Positions 45,711 to 58,913 of a stretch of 64,000 nucleotides of DNA are shown here, piece by piece. The notes beneath the pieces are model-generated. The model was given only the letters and a program-made list of their open reading frames with translations, ran no database searches and was not told the DNA's origin. The first letter of the stretch is position 1; each line of letters opens with the position of its first letter. This DNA is from Mustelus asterias (taxonomy: Eukaryota), in assembly GCF_964213995.1 (NCBI RefSeq), contig NW_027590142.1, forward strand, positions 682,001 through 746,000, in the 5' to 3' direction. Both the position numbers and the translations under genes were made by a program.

Positions 45711-46971
45711 CCTTTGCTCCCTCAGCTTGACACATTTATTTGTCTGTCGAAAAGGATGGTCTTTTTCCTAATGTTCATAATTAAAGGGCAGCTTTCCCCA
45801 GGAGATGGCTGACATTTAAGGGGACAGTACATTAATATAGGACAGAGATATGTCTGGTGTTATATGGTACCCAGATTAGATATATTATTTATGTTTCTGT
45901 AATAAAATACATTTATTATTATTTCTTGCATTATAATATAATGCTGTAGCAACGTTATACATTTCCAGTCATAAAGTCATTACAGCACAGAAGGAATCCA
46001 TTTGGTAACTCGAGTCCATGCTGACTCTCTGTATAACATTCCAGTCCCATTCCCACTCAATATCCCCATTCTCCTGAAAGTTTATTTCCTTCAAGTGCCC
46101 ATCCACTTTCATTTTGAAATAGAATCCATAGATATGGATGGAGATTTACAACTTTTTGGGAATGAAATAGGAAAGAATCCCGAGGACAGTGAAGCCTCAG
46201 TCATCAACTATTTTCAAGAGAGAGATTGATTGGTTTCTAAATATTGAAGATATCAAGGGATATGGGTTTAGTGTGGGGAGAATGATGCTGAGGTAGATGA
46301 ACGAATTATCTCATTGAATAGTTTAAAAGGCTCGATGGGCCAAATGGCCGACTGCAGCTCCTATTTGTTATGGTCTCTGTGTCCAGGACAGGAAGCAGTG
46401 AGCATGGATCTGTCAATCAGCCTCAATCAGCACCTTCAGGAGAATTGGGAGGGTGAATATTAGATACAACAGAGTGAGAATGGAGGGAGAGTGTGTGGGA
46501 TGGAGATTTACAGCTTTTTGGGGAATGAGAGAGGAAAGAATGTTCGATAGAAACTAGAATTGTCTGTTCTGAATTTCTATCCTGTACTGACACTGATGAC
46601 TTTCGTAAACTCATTTTACAGGATATTGGAAGAGGAATCACAGACTGAAATCTCAAACGTCACATCTAGATCTGACAGGGTCATATTCCTTGGGAGCTGA
46701 ATATCATCGGCCTTTGAATCCAGAAGGAGAAATGATTGTCCGGATCTGTTGAATTGAAAAGATTTCAAACATCAGTGTGACTGGAAAAGCACCAACACAC
46801 TGTCACACCCGAGTGAGAGTGTTCCAGTGCACTGACTGAAGAGCTTTAACCAGTTACACAGCCTGAATAAATATCATATCATTCACAGCAGGGAGAGACT
46901 ACCCGTGTTCTGTGTGTGGACGAGGCTTCAACTGATTGTCCACCCAAGACAGAGGCAAGGACACCTGCACC

Positions 46972-48066
46972 ATGGAGAAACCATGGAAATGTGCGGACTG
47001 TGGGAAGAGGTACAGAGTCCCATCAGAGCTGGAAGCTCATCGGCGCAGCCACACTGGGGAGAGACCATTCACCTGCTCTCAGTGTGGGGAAGGATTCACT
47101 CAGTCATTCAGCCTGCAGTCACACCAGCGAGTTCACACTGGGGAGAGGCCATTCACGTGTTCTCAGTGTGGGGAGGGATTCAGTCATTTATCCAGCCTGC
47201 GCAAACACCAGCGAGTTCACACTGGGGAGAGACTGTTCACCTGTGCTCAGTGTGGGAAGGGATTCACTTGTTCATCCAACCTGCGGAGACACCAGCCAGT
47301 TCACACAGGGGAGAGGCCATTCAGCTGCTCTCAGTGTGGGAAGGGATTCACTCTGTCATCCAGCCTGCGGGCACACAAGCGAGTTCACACTGGGGAGAGA
47401 CCATTCACCTGCTCTCAGTGTGGGAAGGGATTCACTCTGTCATCCCACCTGCGGAGACACCAGCGAGTTCACACAGGGGAGAGACCGTTCACCTGCTCTC
47501 AGTGTGGGAAGGGATTCACTCAGTCATCCCACCTGCAGACACACCAGCGAGTTCACACTGGGGAGAGGCCATTCACCTGCTCTCAATGTGGGGAGGGATT
47601 CATTCGGTCATCCCAGCTGCAGATACACCAGCGAGTTCACACTGGGGAGAGGCCATTCACCTGCTCTCAGTGTGGGGAGGGATTCACTCAGTCATCCAGC
47701 CTGTGGACACACCAGCGAGTTCACACTGGGGAGAGGCCGTTCACCTGCTCTCAGTGTGGGAAGGGATTCACTCGATTAACCAGCCTGCGGATACACCAGC
47801 GAGTTCACACTGGGGAGAGGCCGTTCACCTGCTGTCAGTGTGGGAAGGGATTCAGTGATTCATCCAGCCTGCTGACACATCAGCGAGTTCACACTGGGGA
47901 GAGGCCATTTACCTGCTCTCAATGTGGGAAGGGATTCACTCGGTCATCCTGCCTGCAGACACACCAGCAGGTTCACACTGGGGAGAGGCCGTTCAGCTGC
48001 TCTGTGTGTGAGAAGAGATTCAGTCTTTCATCCCACCTGCTGAGACACCAACAAGTTCATGAGTGA
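46972..48066 (+). CDS. C2H2 zinc-finger protein ZNF-H, 13 fingers
   Basis: ATG at 46972; in-frame TGA at 46933-46935; micro-exon 46387-46452; terminal exon starts at 46622; highly homogeneous 84-bp units. Confidence 0.88.
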   Translation: MEKPWKCADCGKRYRVPSELEAHRRSHTGERPFTCSQCGEGFTQSFSLQSHQRVHTGERPFTCSQCGEGFSHLSSLRKHQRVHTGERLFTCAQCGKGFTCSSNLRRHQPVHTGERPFSCSQCGKGFTLSSSLRAHKRVHTGERPFTCSQCGKGFTLSSHLRRHQRVHTGERPFTCSQCGKGFTQSSHLQTHQRVHTGERPFTCSQCGEGFIRSSQLQIHQRVHTGERPFTCSQCGEGFTQSSSLWTHQRVHTGERPFTCSQCGKGFTRLTSLRIHQRVHTGERPFTCCQCGKGFSDSSSLLTHQRVHTGERPFTCSQCGKGFTRSSCLQTHQQVHTGERPFSCSVCEKRFSLSSHLLRHQQVHE

Positions 48067-48319
48067 TTGCAGGGGTTGGATTCTGCTGTTATTGTTTCTG
48101 CTCTCAATTACATCCAGGACTGCATTTTGTTCATTCTCACAGTTGGTCAATGGGGAGGGTCGGAGGGTTTCTTTCTGCTGGACTGGCGGGTCTCATGACT
48201 TTGCCTCCAGTGGGCTGATGCTCTTTGAGTCTTGTTGCGAATACCTGGTTTCGAATTTCACAAGGATCACAGAGTGACAGGGTGTTAGGAAGTTAAGAGT
48301 CACTATTTCTGTTTGAAAC

Positions 48320-48615
48320 CCCCCAGATGCCCATCCAATTTCCATTGTAATTGTTTATTGTCTCCACTTCCTCCACCCTCGTAGGCAGCGAGTTCCAGGT
48401 CATTACCATTCGCTGCATCAAAATATTTTTCCTCACATCCCTTCCTGCATCTCTGATCCAAAACCATAAATCTGTGTCCCCCTCATCCTTGTCCCTTCAG
48501 CTAATGGGAACAGCTTTTCTTTGTCCACCTTGTCTAAACCTGTCAGAATCTTGTCCACCTCTATCAAATCTCCCCTCAACCTCCTTTGCTCCAAGGGGAA
48601 CAACCCCAGCCTGAT
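48320..48615 (-). mobile_element. Old CR1 3' fragment (paralog of 2795-3140 without the G-run)
   Basis: LGLFPLEQRRLRGDLIEVDKILTGLDKVDKEKLFPL. Confidence 0.8.
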
Positions 48616-49104
48616 ATCGACAATAAAGAACAAACTAACAGAATATGTTAATACCTGAAATCAAATGGGAATGTTTAATTTCTGTTTTAAAGATATTGTG
48701 AATATATTGTCCTGGACAATAAAGGAATTGGAATAACTCACCTTGGGTCTGGTTGAATGGAATACCTCAATCTAGTATCCACCTACAGTCCAGTGAAAGT
48801 CTGGAATGTGTAGCTGGAAATCCCTCCCTAACAGCACTGTGGGTATACTTACACCTCAGGCATTGTAACAGTTCAGGAAGGCAGTGTTGGGGTTGACCAT
48901 GGCCGAGGCAGCTACATACAGCCACATATTCTGTTATAATTGAAGGACTGCAGATTCAATGTGAGGCATTATGTGACTGGACTATCTTGACCACATTCCT
49001 GTGACTGCTCAGTTTCTGCAATCACGAACCATTAAAGCTGCTTAGCAGGGCCCCGACAGAGGACCTGGTGAGAATATTTACTCAGAATGAGCTAAAATTA
49101 AACT

Positions 49105-49430
49105 GGGGTGGCACGTTGGTACAGTGGTTAGCATTGCTGCCTCACAGCGCCAGGAACCCTGGTTTTATTCCCAGCTTGGGTCACTGTCTGTGTAGAGTTT
49201 GCACATTCTCCCCGTGTCTGTGTAGGTTTCCTCCAGGTGCTCCAGTTTTCTTCCACAGTACAAAGAAGTACGGGTTAGGTGGATTGGCCATGCTAAATTG
49301 CCCCTTTGTGTCAGGGGGTCTTGCGAGGGTAAATGCATGGGGTTATGGGGATAGGGTCGGTGGGATTGTGTTTGGTGCAGACTTGATGGGCTGAATGGCC
49401 TCCTTCTGCACTGTAGAGATTCTATGAGAT
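49105..49430 (+). mobile_element. HE1-type V-SINE
   Basis: tRNA-like head, V-domain and tail; absent from the paralogous site near 2305. Confidence 0.85.
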
Positions 49431-50306
49431 TATTGCAGGACCGGCTGGTGTTCAGCGGCTGAGAAACCTGGAATCTGTAAAAAAGGGGGCTGACTAATCA
49501 ACAGACGGGGGTAGGTAGCTGACCAAGAAGTTAAGAAGCGTTCTCAGGCATGTTTAAATTATTTCATCATAGATTTGTGATAAGAACTGTGAGGGACTTG
49601 TGACCCGGTAGTCGGTGAAGTGACGGTACACTCCAAGTAGCACTGGACTGAAAAGTGGACGTCTAAGAGTGGATTCTAATGGTTATGATCCTACCCAAGC
49701 ATGGCCAGTGAAAAATTCAGAGCTCGAGTAGGGACTGGACAGATTTCTTACCTGTCTTTTGGAAACTAAGAACAAGGAACTTATCGATAAAATGATTTGA
49801 GAATAGAGCCAACATTTTGAGACTGGATGACACTTCATAGGAGCTCTCATGAAGGGTCATCCAGACTTCAAACGTTGGCTCTATTCTCTCCCTACAGATA
49901 CTGTCAGATCTGCTGGGATTTTCCAGCATTTTCTGTTTTTGTTTTACCTTTATAATAAAAGATTAGGTCTGATTGGAATCCCCACGACCCTCCCGCAAAA
50001 CAGAGAGAAAGTGGTGGCAAAAGGAGAAAAAGGATAAGGATGATAGAGTCTGGGTTCTGATTCTCGAGCCCATGTAGAATAAACAAAATGAGTGAACCAG
50101 TTTATAAAGAACAGAAATTACCCATCCCTAACAAAAACTGATCAAATTAAAATAGGTTGAGAATATAACAAAAAAATTAATAGATGAAGTTTAAAATCAA
50201 GTTTCTTTTGTTGTTAGAGAGGGGATTTTTCACAGTAACTTCATTGCAGTGTTAATGTAAGCTTACTTGAGACTAATTATAAACTTTAAGTTTTTTAAAG
50301 TTATTT

Positions 50307-51107
50307 TGTTAGAGGGGTTCAGAATACCTTGAGATTAAAAACTAATAAAGGCTATTGAAACAGGGTGGACTGACTTAGACTAACGTAGAATAAGGACCAC
50401 AATGTGCCTTATTTATATTATACAAAGGTACTGTCTGCATAGAGACACATATAACCACTGGTAGAGAATTTAAACATGTATTTCAGATTTAAATATGTAC
50501 TTTTTGTACTGAAATGTATACCTTGGCCAAACTGCAGACTGCCCTAAAGCATAATGGGATAAAAGCTGAGTGAGACAGTCCACGTTCTGTCAGAACAGTG
50601 AACAGTGAAGCCACAGAGCACAGTTTTTATCAGTATGAGTTATAAGGGATGGCTCAGCAGACAGTGGAAAGGAACTTTTGAACCCTATAACCTTTGTAAT
50701 AGAAGTTGCTGAGAGTCAGTTAGAAAGCAACCTTTGAACCCTATGGACCTACGTAAGTGAAAGTTGCAAAGTAACAGTGGGCAGGAACTTCCAGATTCTG
50801 CAGACCAATGAATTCCCATTCTTCCAGAAGATCGGATGTTATTGGCCAAGGTAAATATTGTGCACGAACATGATTGGAGCATCCAGTTAGGATGACAGAG
50901 TGGGTGGGTGAAATGAACTTTCAAAATAGTATAACTACACGGCCAATGTATTGTAACTTTAGAAAGGAGTTGGACTGCCCAGCTGCCTTTCTCCCAGCGC
51001 GTGTTGGTCAATAAAGAATGTCTTTAACCAGTATACTGTCTTTTGCAAATCTTTGTATTAACTGGGTTCAGCTCAATACTTCGCCTCCGAGAAAAACCCC
51101 CATCACA
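50307..51107 (+). mobile_element. Probable solo LTR (~800 bp)
   Basis: TG...CA ends; AATAAA at 51010; absent from the paralogous site near 36297; no clean TSD. Confidence 0.55.
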
Positions 51108-51520
51108 TGTAAAGTGAAGTAATTGTGTGCCAAGTTTTTTCTGCTCACTCCCGACCCCTTTAGGTTCTGTAGAAAAGTTAACCCTTTCAGCAGACAGTTT
51201 ATTTCTTTGTAAATCACCTGGAAACTCATGTGTCTATTTTAGTTTTTGATTGAGGATTTATGGGAACCAGTTAAATGTGGAAATTTTAAGCGGAGCCTGG
51301 AGGAATTTGGAAGAACTGTGAGAATTTTATATTGTTGTCACCTCAACCCCAGATAAAGAACAAAGATTTTGCAGCTGGCAACATGTTTGGGATTTTAAAT
51401 CAACAAAGACTAGATGTTTCCTATAAAATCAGGCCTTGGAAGTTGGCTAAAAAAAGGTTAAGTTACAATGAAGGGGAATGAAGGATCTTGTGTCTTATTT
51501 TAATCAAGGAGTTGTGAGCT

Positions 51521-52500
51521 TAGACCATAAGACATAGGAGCAGAAATAGGCCACCAGACCCATCGAGTCTTCTCCGCTATTCAATCATGGCTGATATTTT
51601 TCTCATCCCCATTCTCCTACCTTTTCCCCATAACCCCTGAATAATCCCCTTAATAATCAAGAACCTATCTATCTCTGTCTTACAGACACTCAATGAACTG
51701 ACCTCCACAGCCTTCTGCGGCAAAGAGTTCCACAGATTCACCACTCTCTGGCTGAAGAAATTCCTCCTCATCTCTGTTTTAAAGGATCATCCCTTTAGCC
51801 TGAGGTTGTACCCTCTGGTTCTAGTTTTTCCTACCAGTGGAAACATCCTCTCCACGTCCACTCTATCCAGGCCTCGCAGTATCCTGTAAGTTTTAATAAG
51901 GTACCCCCTCATCCTTCTAAACTCCAATGAGTACAGGCCCAGAGCCCTCAACCGTTCCTCATACGACCAGCTCTTCATTCCAGGGATCATTCTTGTGAAC
52001 CTTCTCCGGACCCTTTCTAAGACCAGAATATCCTTCCTTAGATGTGCGGCCCAAAACTGCTCCGAATACTCCAAATGTGTCTGACCAGAGCCTCATACTG
52101 TCTCAGGAGTATATCCCTGCTGTTGTATTCTAGCCCTCTTGACATGAATGATAACATTGCATTTGCCTTCCTAACTGCCAACTAAACCTGCACATTAGCC
52201 TTAAGAGAATCTTGATCAATGACTCCCAAGTCCCTTTGTGCTTCTGATTTCCAAAGCATTTCCCCATTTAGGAAATAGTCTATGCCTCCATTCCTCCTAC
52301 CCAAGTGCATAATCTCACACTTTTCCACATTGTACTCCATCTGCCACTTCTTTGCCCACTCTCCTGGCCCATCAAAGTCCTTCTGCAGCCCCCCTGCTCC
52401 TTCAATACTACCTGTCCCTCTACATATCTTTGTATCATCTGCAAACTTAGCAACAGTGCCTTCAGTTCCTTCTTCCAAATCATTAATGTATATTGTGAAA
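51521..52500 (-). mobile_element. 5'-truncated CR1 LINE
   Basis: FTIYINDLEEG...KFADDTK; RRFTRMIPG...; 3' tail near 51521-51540. Confidence 0.9.
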
Positions 52501-53094
52501 CGTTTGTAGTGCTCTGTCACTTTAAGAAGCTATCACTGCGAGAGAGAATGCTGAGGATTCATTTGAAATTTACGAGCTGTGAGAATCTGTGTGTTTTGTT
52601 TGTTTTATGTGGATGTTTGTCGATGTGTTTTATCATTGTTTTGGGCTACATTTGTTAAGGTTTATCTTTCTGGAGAATTAACCTTCTCTTGAGTCTTTAA
52701 TTAAAGGCATTTCTGGAAGTTTAGAAACAGGACCACAAGAACGCTTCAGGAATTAATTTCAGTTATTGTTGTAAAGCACATGCTAAGTTTCTCTGTTTGT
52801 GTGGATGATATTTGTGGGTTGAATGCTTCAAGCTTTGAGGTTTTCTGTCTGTGATTTAAATCAAACAGATTTAAATAAAGGACGTGTAATTAATGAAGCT
52901 TTTTTTCACAAAAGTTGTGAACCTAGAACCACATTCACTGGCCAGAGACATGATTCCAGGATACTGTGCTAAACTTGTGGGAATTTTAATCCGGATTCAA
53001 ACTCACACATGTGAGTATGAGAGAGTTTTAATTTTAATGGTTATTTAAAATTTGGGACATGTGAAATAATTCTGACCATTCCTGTGTTCATTGA

Positions 53095-53441
53095 ATCATA
53101 GAATCCCTCCAGTGCAGAAGGGACCATTCGGCCCATCAAGTCTGCACCGAGTCTCTAACAGAGCACCTTACCCAGGCCCTCTCTCCCTGTAACTTACACA
53201 TTTACCATGGCTAACCTATCTAATCTGCACATCTTGGGACACTAAGAGGGAAATTAGCATTGCAAATCCACCTAACCCGCACATCTTTGGTCTGTTGGAG
53301 GAAACCGGAGCACCCGGAGGAAACCCACGCAAACATGGGGAGAACATGGAAAGTCCACATGGACACTCACCCAAGGCTGGAATTAAATGGGTCCCTGGCG
53401 CTGTGAGGCAGCTGCGCTGACCACTGTGCCACCATGCCACC
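53095..53441 (-). mobile_element. HE1-type V-SINE (diverged)
   Basis: V-domain and tRNA-like head on the minus strand. Confidence 0.82.
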
Positions 53442-53729
53442 CTATAGTTGAGGCCAAAACATTATCTGATTCAAGAAGATATGAAATATAGCTCTTGGGG
53501 CTAAAGGAATCAAGGGATATGGAAGGAAAGTGGGAATCAGGAAATTGAATTCAATGATCAGCCATGATCAAGATGAATGGTGGAGCAGGCTCAAAGGGCT
53601 GAATGGCCTACTCCTGCTTCTAGTTTCTATGTATCTCTACACTGGGGCAGCATTCCATCCAGTGGCACAGTGGTTCGCACTGCTGCCTCAAAAAAACAAA
53701 TACAACAATGGCTTTGGCATCTGCTACAA

Positions 53730-54344
53730 TGTGACTGACAGTTTGACAACGGAGTCAAGGGCATCAGAAGCAAAAGATACCCTGGGAGGTGGAGAAGAAT
53801 GTGACGGAGATTACGAGCGGGTCCTTGATAGGTTTTCTAAAGAGATTCAGAAAGGAAATAGCGAGTTGGAAAAAGTCCAGAATAAATTAATTTACAGTTA
53901 CATTGGAAACCTGTTGCCTCACAGCTGAGTACAAAATATAAAGAGTTGAGGGAACTGGTGGATAAGCTGCAGAATGGAGCTGATTGCTGGCAGGAGAGCA
54001 CGTCTGACCTGGACAATCAGTTACATTGGGAACAGGGGGCAGATGATAGGGTGAGTGGAGCTCAGAAAAATCTACTGCTGTTCGGCCAAACTCTGGAACA
54101 AGATATCAATTTACAGTCAGAAAATATCAGATCAAGTGAAGAGTTAGAAAATGCCGTGGGGACTTTGAGGAAGTTAATTCAGCCACAAAGTGACACCTCC
54201 CCTGAAGCAGACCACTCCCTGTGTTTAGCTGAAATCAAACAACCTGAGACACAATTCAGTCACCAGCGAGCAGATGTAGTTGTTTTCTCCAAAAAAAGAA
54301 TCACTGAAAGCACTCCCTCCCTCTCCTCTGCCTCTCCTGTGTGA
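53730..54344 (+). pseudogene. Degenerate coiled-coil coding remnant, possibly an LTR-element gag N-terminus
   Basis: Two adjacent E/K/Q/L-rich frames (…FSKEIQKGNSELEKVQNKL; ELENAVGTLRKL…DHSLCLAEIKQ) in LTR-like surroundings. Confidence 0.35.
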
Positions 54345-55100
54345 TAAGGGAATGCAGGTGTGTGAGGTTAGCCATGACCTTTGCACCGTCATGATCCACA
54401 ACGCTTACTCCAAGTTGGTTTGCCCAGTTGAAGGAATACCGTACATTTGAGTCATAATTGTTGAAGCAGGGTGTTTGCAAGCATCACAGATTCGAAGAAT
54501 TAGTTTGGAAAGGGAATAAAAATTAATTTAATTTGAACTGCCGTGTGTTTCTGTTTGAAATAAACTCAGACTGTACTAAAATGTGAAAGGAATGTATTTG
54601 GGTTTGAAATTAAGTTGTTGAAGGTTAGAATTGTGAAGGACAATTTGCTCCCAAAACACAAAGATAAGGCTGCAGTTTGGCAGCAATCCAATTTCAACTT
54701 TCCAAAACATCTGAGTTTAAATTGTTGAGATTCGGTTAACAACACATTTCACAAAGTATTTCTTTCGACTTTGATTAAGTAGCAACTATTGAAAATTGAA
54801 ATTGGTGTTCAAAAAAGGATCGATAAAAGAGATGAAATTTGAACAAAATTGAAGACAATGACATGAGAGAAGTTTTTAAAATTATGTAAGTTGATGCAAT
54901 TGCCAAGTTTCCTCTGCCCACTCCCCGCCTCTCTCGGTTTTCAGCAGACAGTTGATTTTTACAAATCTCCACACAGCCTTTGTTTTTTAATATGATTGGA
55001 CATATTAACTCACTGGGATCTTGGCCAGAGCCAGATGGATTGTTTGTGTTTTTTTAAACAGGTGATGATGTTTTCCAGCTCTGAGTGAAGTCAACAGTTT

Positions 55101-55443
55101 TCATAGAAATCATAGAAACCCTACAGTGCAGAAGGAGGCCATTCGGCCCATCGAGTCTGCACCGACCACAATCCCACCCAGGCCCTACCCCCACATATTT
55201 ACCCGCTAATCCCTCTAACCTACGCATCCCAGGACTCTAAGGGGCAATTTTTTTTAACCTGGCCAATCAACCTAACCCGCACATCTTTGGACTGTGGGAG
55301 GAAACCGGAGCACCCGGAGGAAACCCACGCAGACACGAGGAGAATGTGCAAACTCCACACAGACAGTGACCCGAGCCGGGAATCGAACCCGGGACCCTGG
55401 AGCTGTGAAGCAGCAGTGCTAACCACTGTGCTACCGTGCCGCC
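55101..55443 (-). mobile_element. HE1-type V-SINE (young)
   Basis: Near-consensus head, V-domain and TTTCTATG-repeat tail. Confidence 0.92.
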
Positions 55444-56299
55444 TGAGAATTAAAGCAGAGAATAAAAGACTTTACCTTTCAGAAAGCCAACAAGCCTGCT
55501 TTTGAGATTGGAATTGATAAATATCTGACATGAGTTGCTATTTCAAGCATTTAAAAAGGAAATTACCTGGTGTTTAAGGGAAAGAACAAAGTTGATAATG
55601 CCTGGAATCAAACAGAAATGTTTGCTTTCTGTTATAAGATATTATAAGAATATTTAATGATTTATTTAACTCTAAAGATTCTCTCGAACTCCTGAAAGTG
55701 TAGTTTAAAGGAATCCATACATTTGGGTGTTTATGAAGATTTGAGTGAAAGGGAAGTCTCGATGAGATGAATGAGGTGACAGTTTTCTCTTGGAGATACT
55801 TGTTTCTTGTCTATGAATTATTTGAGAGAACTGAATTTGATAATCTGGCCTCCATCTGACACATTGGGACTGTACAGGAGGAAACAAGCAAAGACATAAA
55901 CCTGACTTTGGATTTTCTTCTGAAGATTCTGACAGAATTATTGAATGGTGCTTCCTTTGTAAGACAGTGGCATCCAGGATGATGAAACTAATTGGTAAAA
56001 TACACAGCACAATCCCAAAAGACCTGATGAACCTTCCACAAATGCAAAACAATGATTTGTGGGAGAGGGCAGAGAGATGCCAACAAGCAGGACAAAAGAA
56101 CGCACTCTGGTTTAAAAGAAAATGAGTGACAACATTTAACAGGGAGGGAAATGAGTGAAGATGGCTTATGAAGGTGAGATTCCAACAGAGAATTAAAGAA
56201 GGAATTGGAACACCGATGTGAGATTGCAGAAGTGGTTTGTAAATTGGGAATTAACTAACATCCGAGAGTACACGGTGCAGCTGCACTGAAAAATGAAGG

Positions 56300-56607
56300 G
56301 CAGTCTGGTGTCACAGTGGTTAGCACTACTCCCTTACAGCGCCAAGGACCCAATTCCAGCCTCGGATGACTGCCTGTATAGAGTTTGCACATTCTCCTTG
56401 TGTCTGCGTGGGTTTCCTTTAGGTGCTCCGGTTTCTTGCCTTCATCCAAAGATGTGCGGGTTATGTTGATTGGCCATAGTAAATTGTGCCTTATTGCCAG
56501 CTGGACTAGCAGGGTAAATAAGTGGGGTTATGGGGATATGGCCTGGATGGGATTGTGGTCTGTGCAGACTCGATGGGCCACCTTCTGCACTGTAATGATT
56601 CTATGAT
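56300..56607 (+). mobile_element. HE1-type V-SINE (diverged)
   Basis: CACAGTGGTTAGCACT head and V-domain. Confidence 0.8.
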
Positions 56608-57043
56608 TAAATGGGACTTTCTCAGCTACTTGACTAAATGACATGAAATGGTTAATATGGTCTGAAGAGTAAGAAATCACTTTGAAATGATAAAGGCACT
56701 GACACATACTCCATACAGAAACTGACTGTGAGAACAAATTAAATGGAATTTTCGATTAGGTCAAATGAAGGGGAGGGAGAAATAATACATAATCAGAATT
56801 AATTACAAGATGGATACAGGTGAAGGGACAGCTTGAGAATGTTTTTAAGTCTATGCAATTTGTATAGTAATTATATGTTATCACTGCTTTTATATCCAAT
56901 TATACCGCTTCAATTATATCTAAAAATTAGTTATGAGAAGAAAATTGTAAAGGGAAAGGAAATTGGCTACCTTGGACAAGGCCAATGAACAAAAGGAGGA
57001 AATGCCAGAGTGAATGAATAGATTCAGTAAAAGGGGTGATAGA

Positions 57044-57584
57044 TGTAACACCCCTGCATTCGAGTAAAATCACATGTTAATCAAATGCTCCACATCAAGG
57101 TTCTAATATCAGCAATGTTGTTTACTTGTTTGAGGAACAAACAGTTTCTAGATTACAGACAAACATTGGGTGAAGTTTTAATGATAAACCTATATCGGCA
57201 AGATAGGAATTTTAGAACAATGTTTTGTGTTCTGAGTAACAGTACAGCATTGATATCTGTACTGCAGCTGAGAGCTGTGTCAGAATGCTCAGTGGGATTG
57301 GTGAGTGAACTTGGGCTTTGCAGCTTGGACTCTGGTTGTGGAGGTACTGAGTGCCCCGGGGCAGGATTTTGGGAAATCGCCTTTGGATCAGGAACCTGAG
57401 GAAAATTCATATTTCTACAGGGGTGGCCACCCATTTGAAGTGATAAAAGTCGCTTGTGTAGTTCATCATTGTACCTTTTTAAAAAATAAATTTCAACTCA
57501 TTTGCTATTTCAAAGGCTTTTCTTGAAGGTTAAGTCCCTTTCAAATTAAAGCATTCAGAGCGTCAATATGGAACTGAGTTACCA
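57044..57584 (+). mobile_element. Putative 3' LTR
   Basis: Purine tract AAAAGGGG just upstream; TGTAAC...GTTACCA termini; AATAAA at 57485. Confidence 0.5.
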
Positions 57585-58279
57585 TGCTGTTGTAACCAAA
57601 TCAAATTGAGTCTAAACATTAATAGTATATCCCTTTGAAACTGACAGAAGAGCTCTATTAAAGTTCAAAAAAGATTCACAAGGATGTTAGCAGAGCTGTG
57701 TGTGTTTAAGTCACAGGATAGATTGAACAGGCTGGGGATAATTTCTCCAGGAAAGAGAAGGCTGAAGACTGACCTGATAGGGACTTTAATGGGTGTGATA
57801 GGGTTGATATCATCAAGTTATCACTGTGATTACAGGGTAGAAATCCAGAACTGACAAATCTCGTTCTCACAGAAAATCCTTCTTCATCTCAAATTATAAA
57901 TCTCTGTCCCCACACATTCCCTCCTTCCTAAAGTAAAGTTTATTTATTAGTCAAAAGCAAGGTTTACATTAAGACTGCAATGAAGTTACTGTGAAATTCC
58001 CCGAGTCGCCACATTCCAGTGCCTGTTGGGGTCAATGCACCTACCAGCATGTCTTTCAAACTGTGGGAGGAAAGCGGAGTAACGGGGGAAATCCACACAG
58101 ACCTATTGATTGTAACATTAAGTCATCCTACTATGCTACTCTTGCCTTTTCTCCAATTTTCCTCCCCTGAAGGTGCTGACTCTCGACTTCAGTCTCATAC
58201 TCACCGATTGCCCTCCCCAATATGTCACCCAGTTCTCTAAATCATTCCACCTAAAGTTAACAACCTGTTTTGCGATAAG

Positions 58280-58660
58280 GTGACGTTTCAATCCAATCCA
58301 GTGATACCCCATGTGTACTTTGTAAAAGGGCGGGGTCACTGCGCCCCACTTTCCATTCCAGTCCCAGGGTTTTGGAGACTGCGGTCCGGATGCGTAATGG
58401 CGGCTGCACCTCCCACACTCCATCGCGCTGCAGAAAATGCCCTATCCGTCGCGCGGTGGGCGGCCCGGGACTGCGCATGTCCAAGGGAGAGGAGAAGCTA
58501 CGCATGTGCGGAGGAGAGCCCGCCCCCTGGCCTTCATGTTGAGGTGTTGGCCAATGGAAAAAGCTGGAGGACCGGAAGGACTCTGCTCCTCCAGCCAATC
58601 AGCGCGCGGGCTTTGTGTGAATGAAGATGGAGTTTCAGAAACACTAAAACTCCCTCCTGT
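58280..58660 (+). promoter_or_regulatory. CpG-island promoter and first exon of ZNF-I
   Basis: GC boxes, NRF1-like TGCGCATGT and CGCATGTGCG, two CCAAT boxes, donor GTGAGT at 58659; paralog of 29740-29950. Confidence 0.75.
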
Positions 58661-58847
58661 GAGTAAAACACTTTATTTTCTCCCCCTTTCTATTTATTTT
58701 CTCATTCTGGGGGAAACTGGGGACTTGCAGCAAATGAAGGGACAGGAAGTGAATCCAGTCTGTACATTCCACACATTGTTAGTCCAGTCAGATAGACATA
58801 TATCTGTCTGGCCGCCTGCATGGAGATTTCCAGCTCTCTGTGTCCAG

Positions 58848-58913
58848 GACAGGAAGCAGTGAGCATGGATCTGTCAATCAGCCTCAATCAGCACCTTCAG
58901 GAGAATTGGGAGG
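58848..58913 (+). other. Conserved 66-nt micro-exon carrying an upstream ATG (MDLSISLNQHLQENWE)
   Basis: Flanked by TGTCCAG and GTGAAT; essentially identical at 32671-32736, 46387-46452 and 18973-19038 (minus). Confidence 0.6.

Noticed and set aside
46905-47858. Long alternative-frame ORFs over ZNF arrays (HTSEFTLGR and PASSHWGEA repeats; also at 9873, 17925, 24912, 34207)
   Set aside because: Expected by-products of 84-bp repeat periodicity and codon usage in tandem C2H2 genes; no independent evidence of coding.
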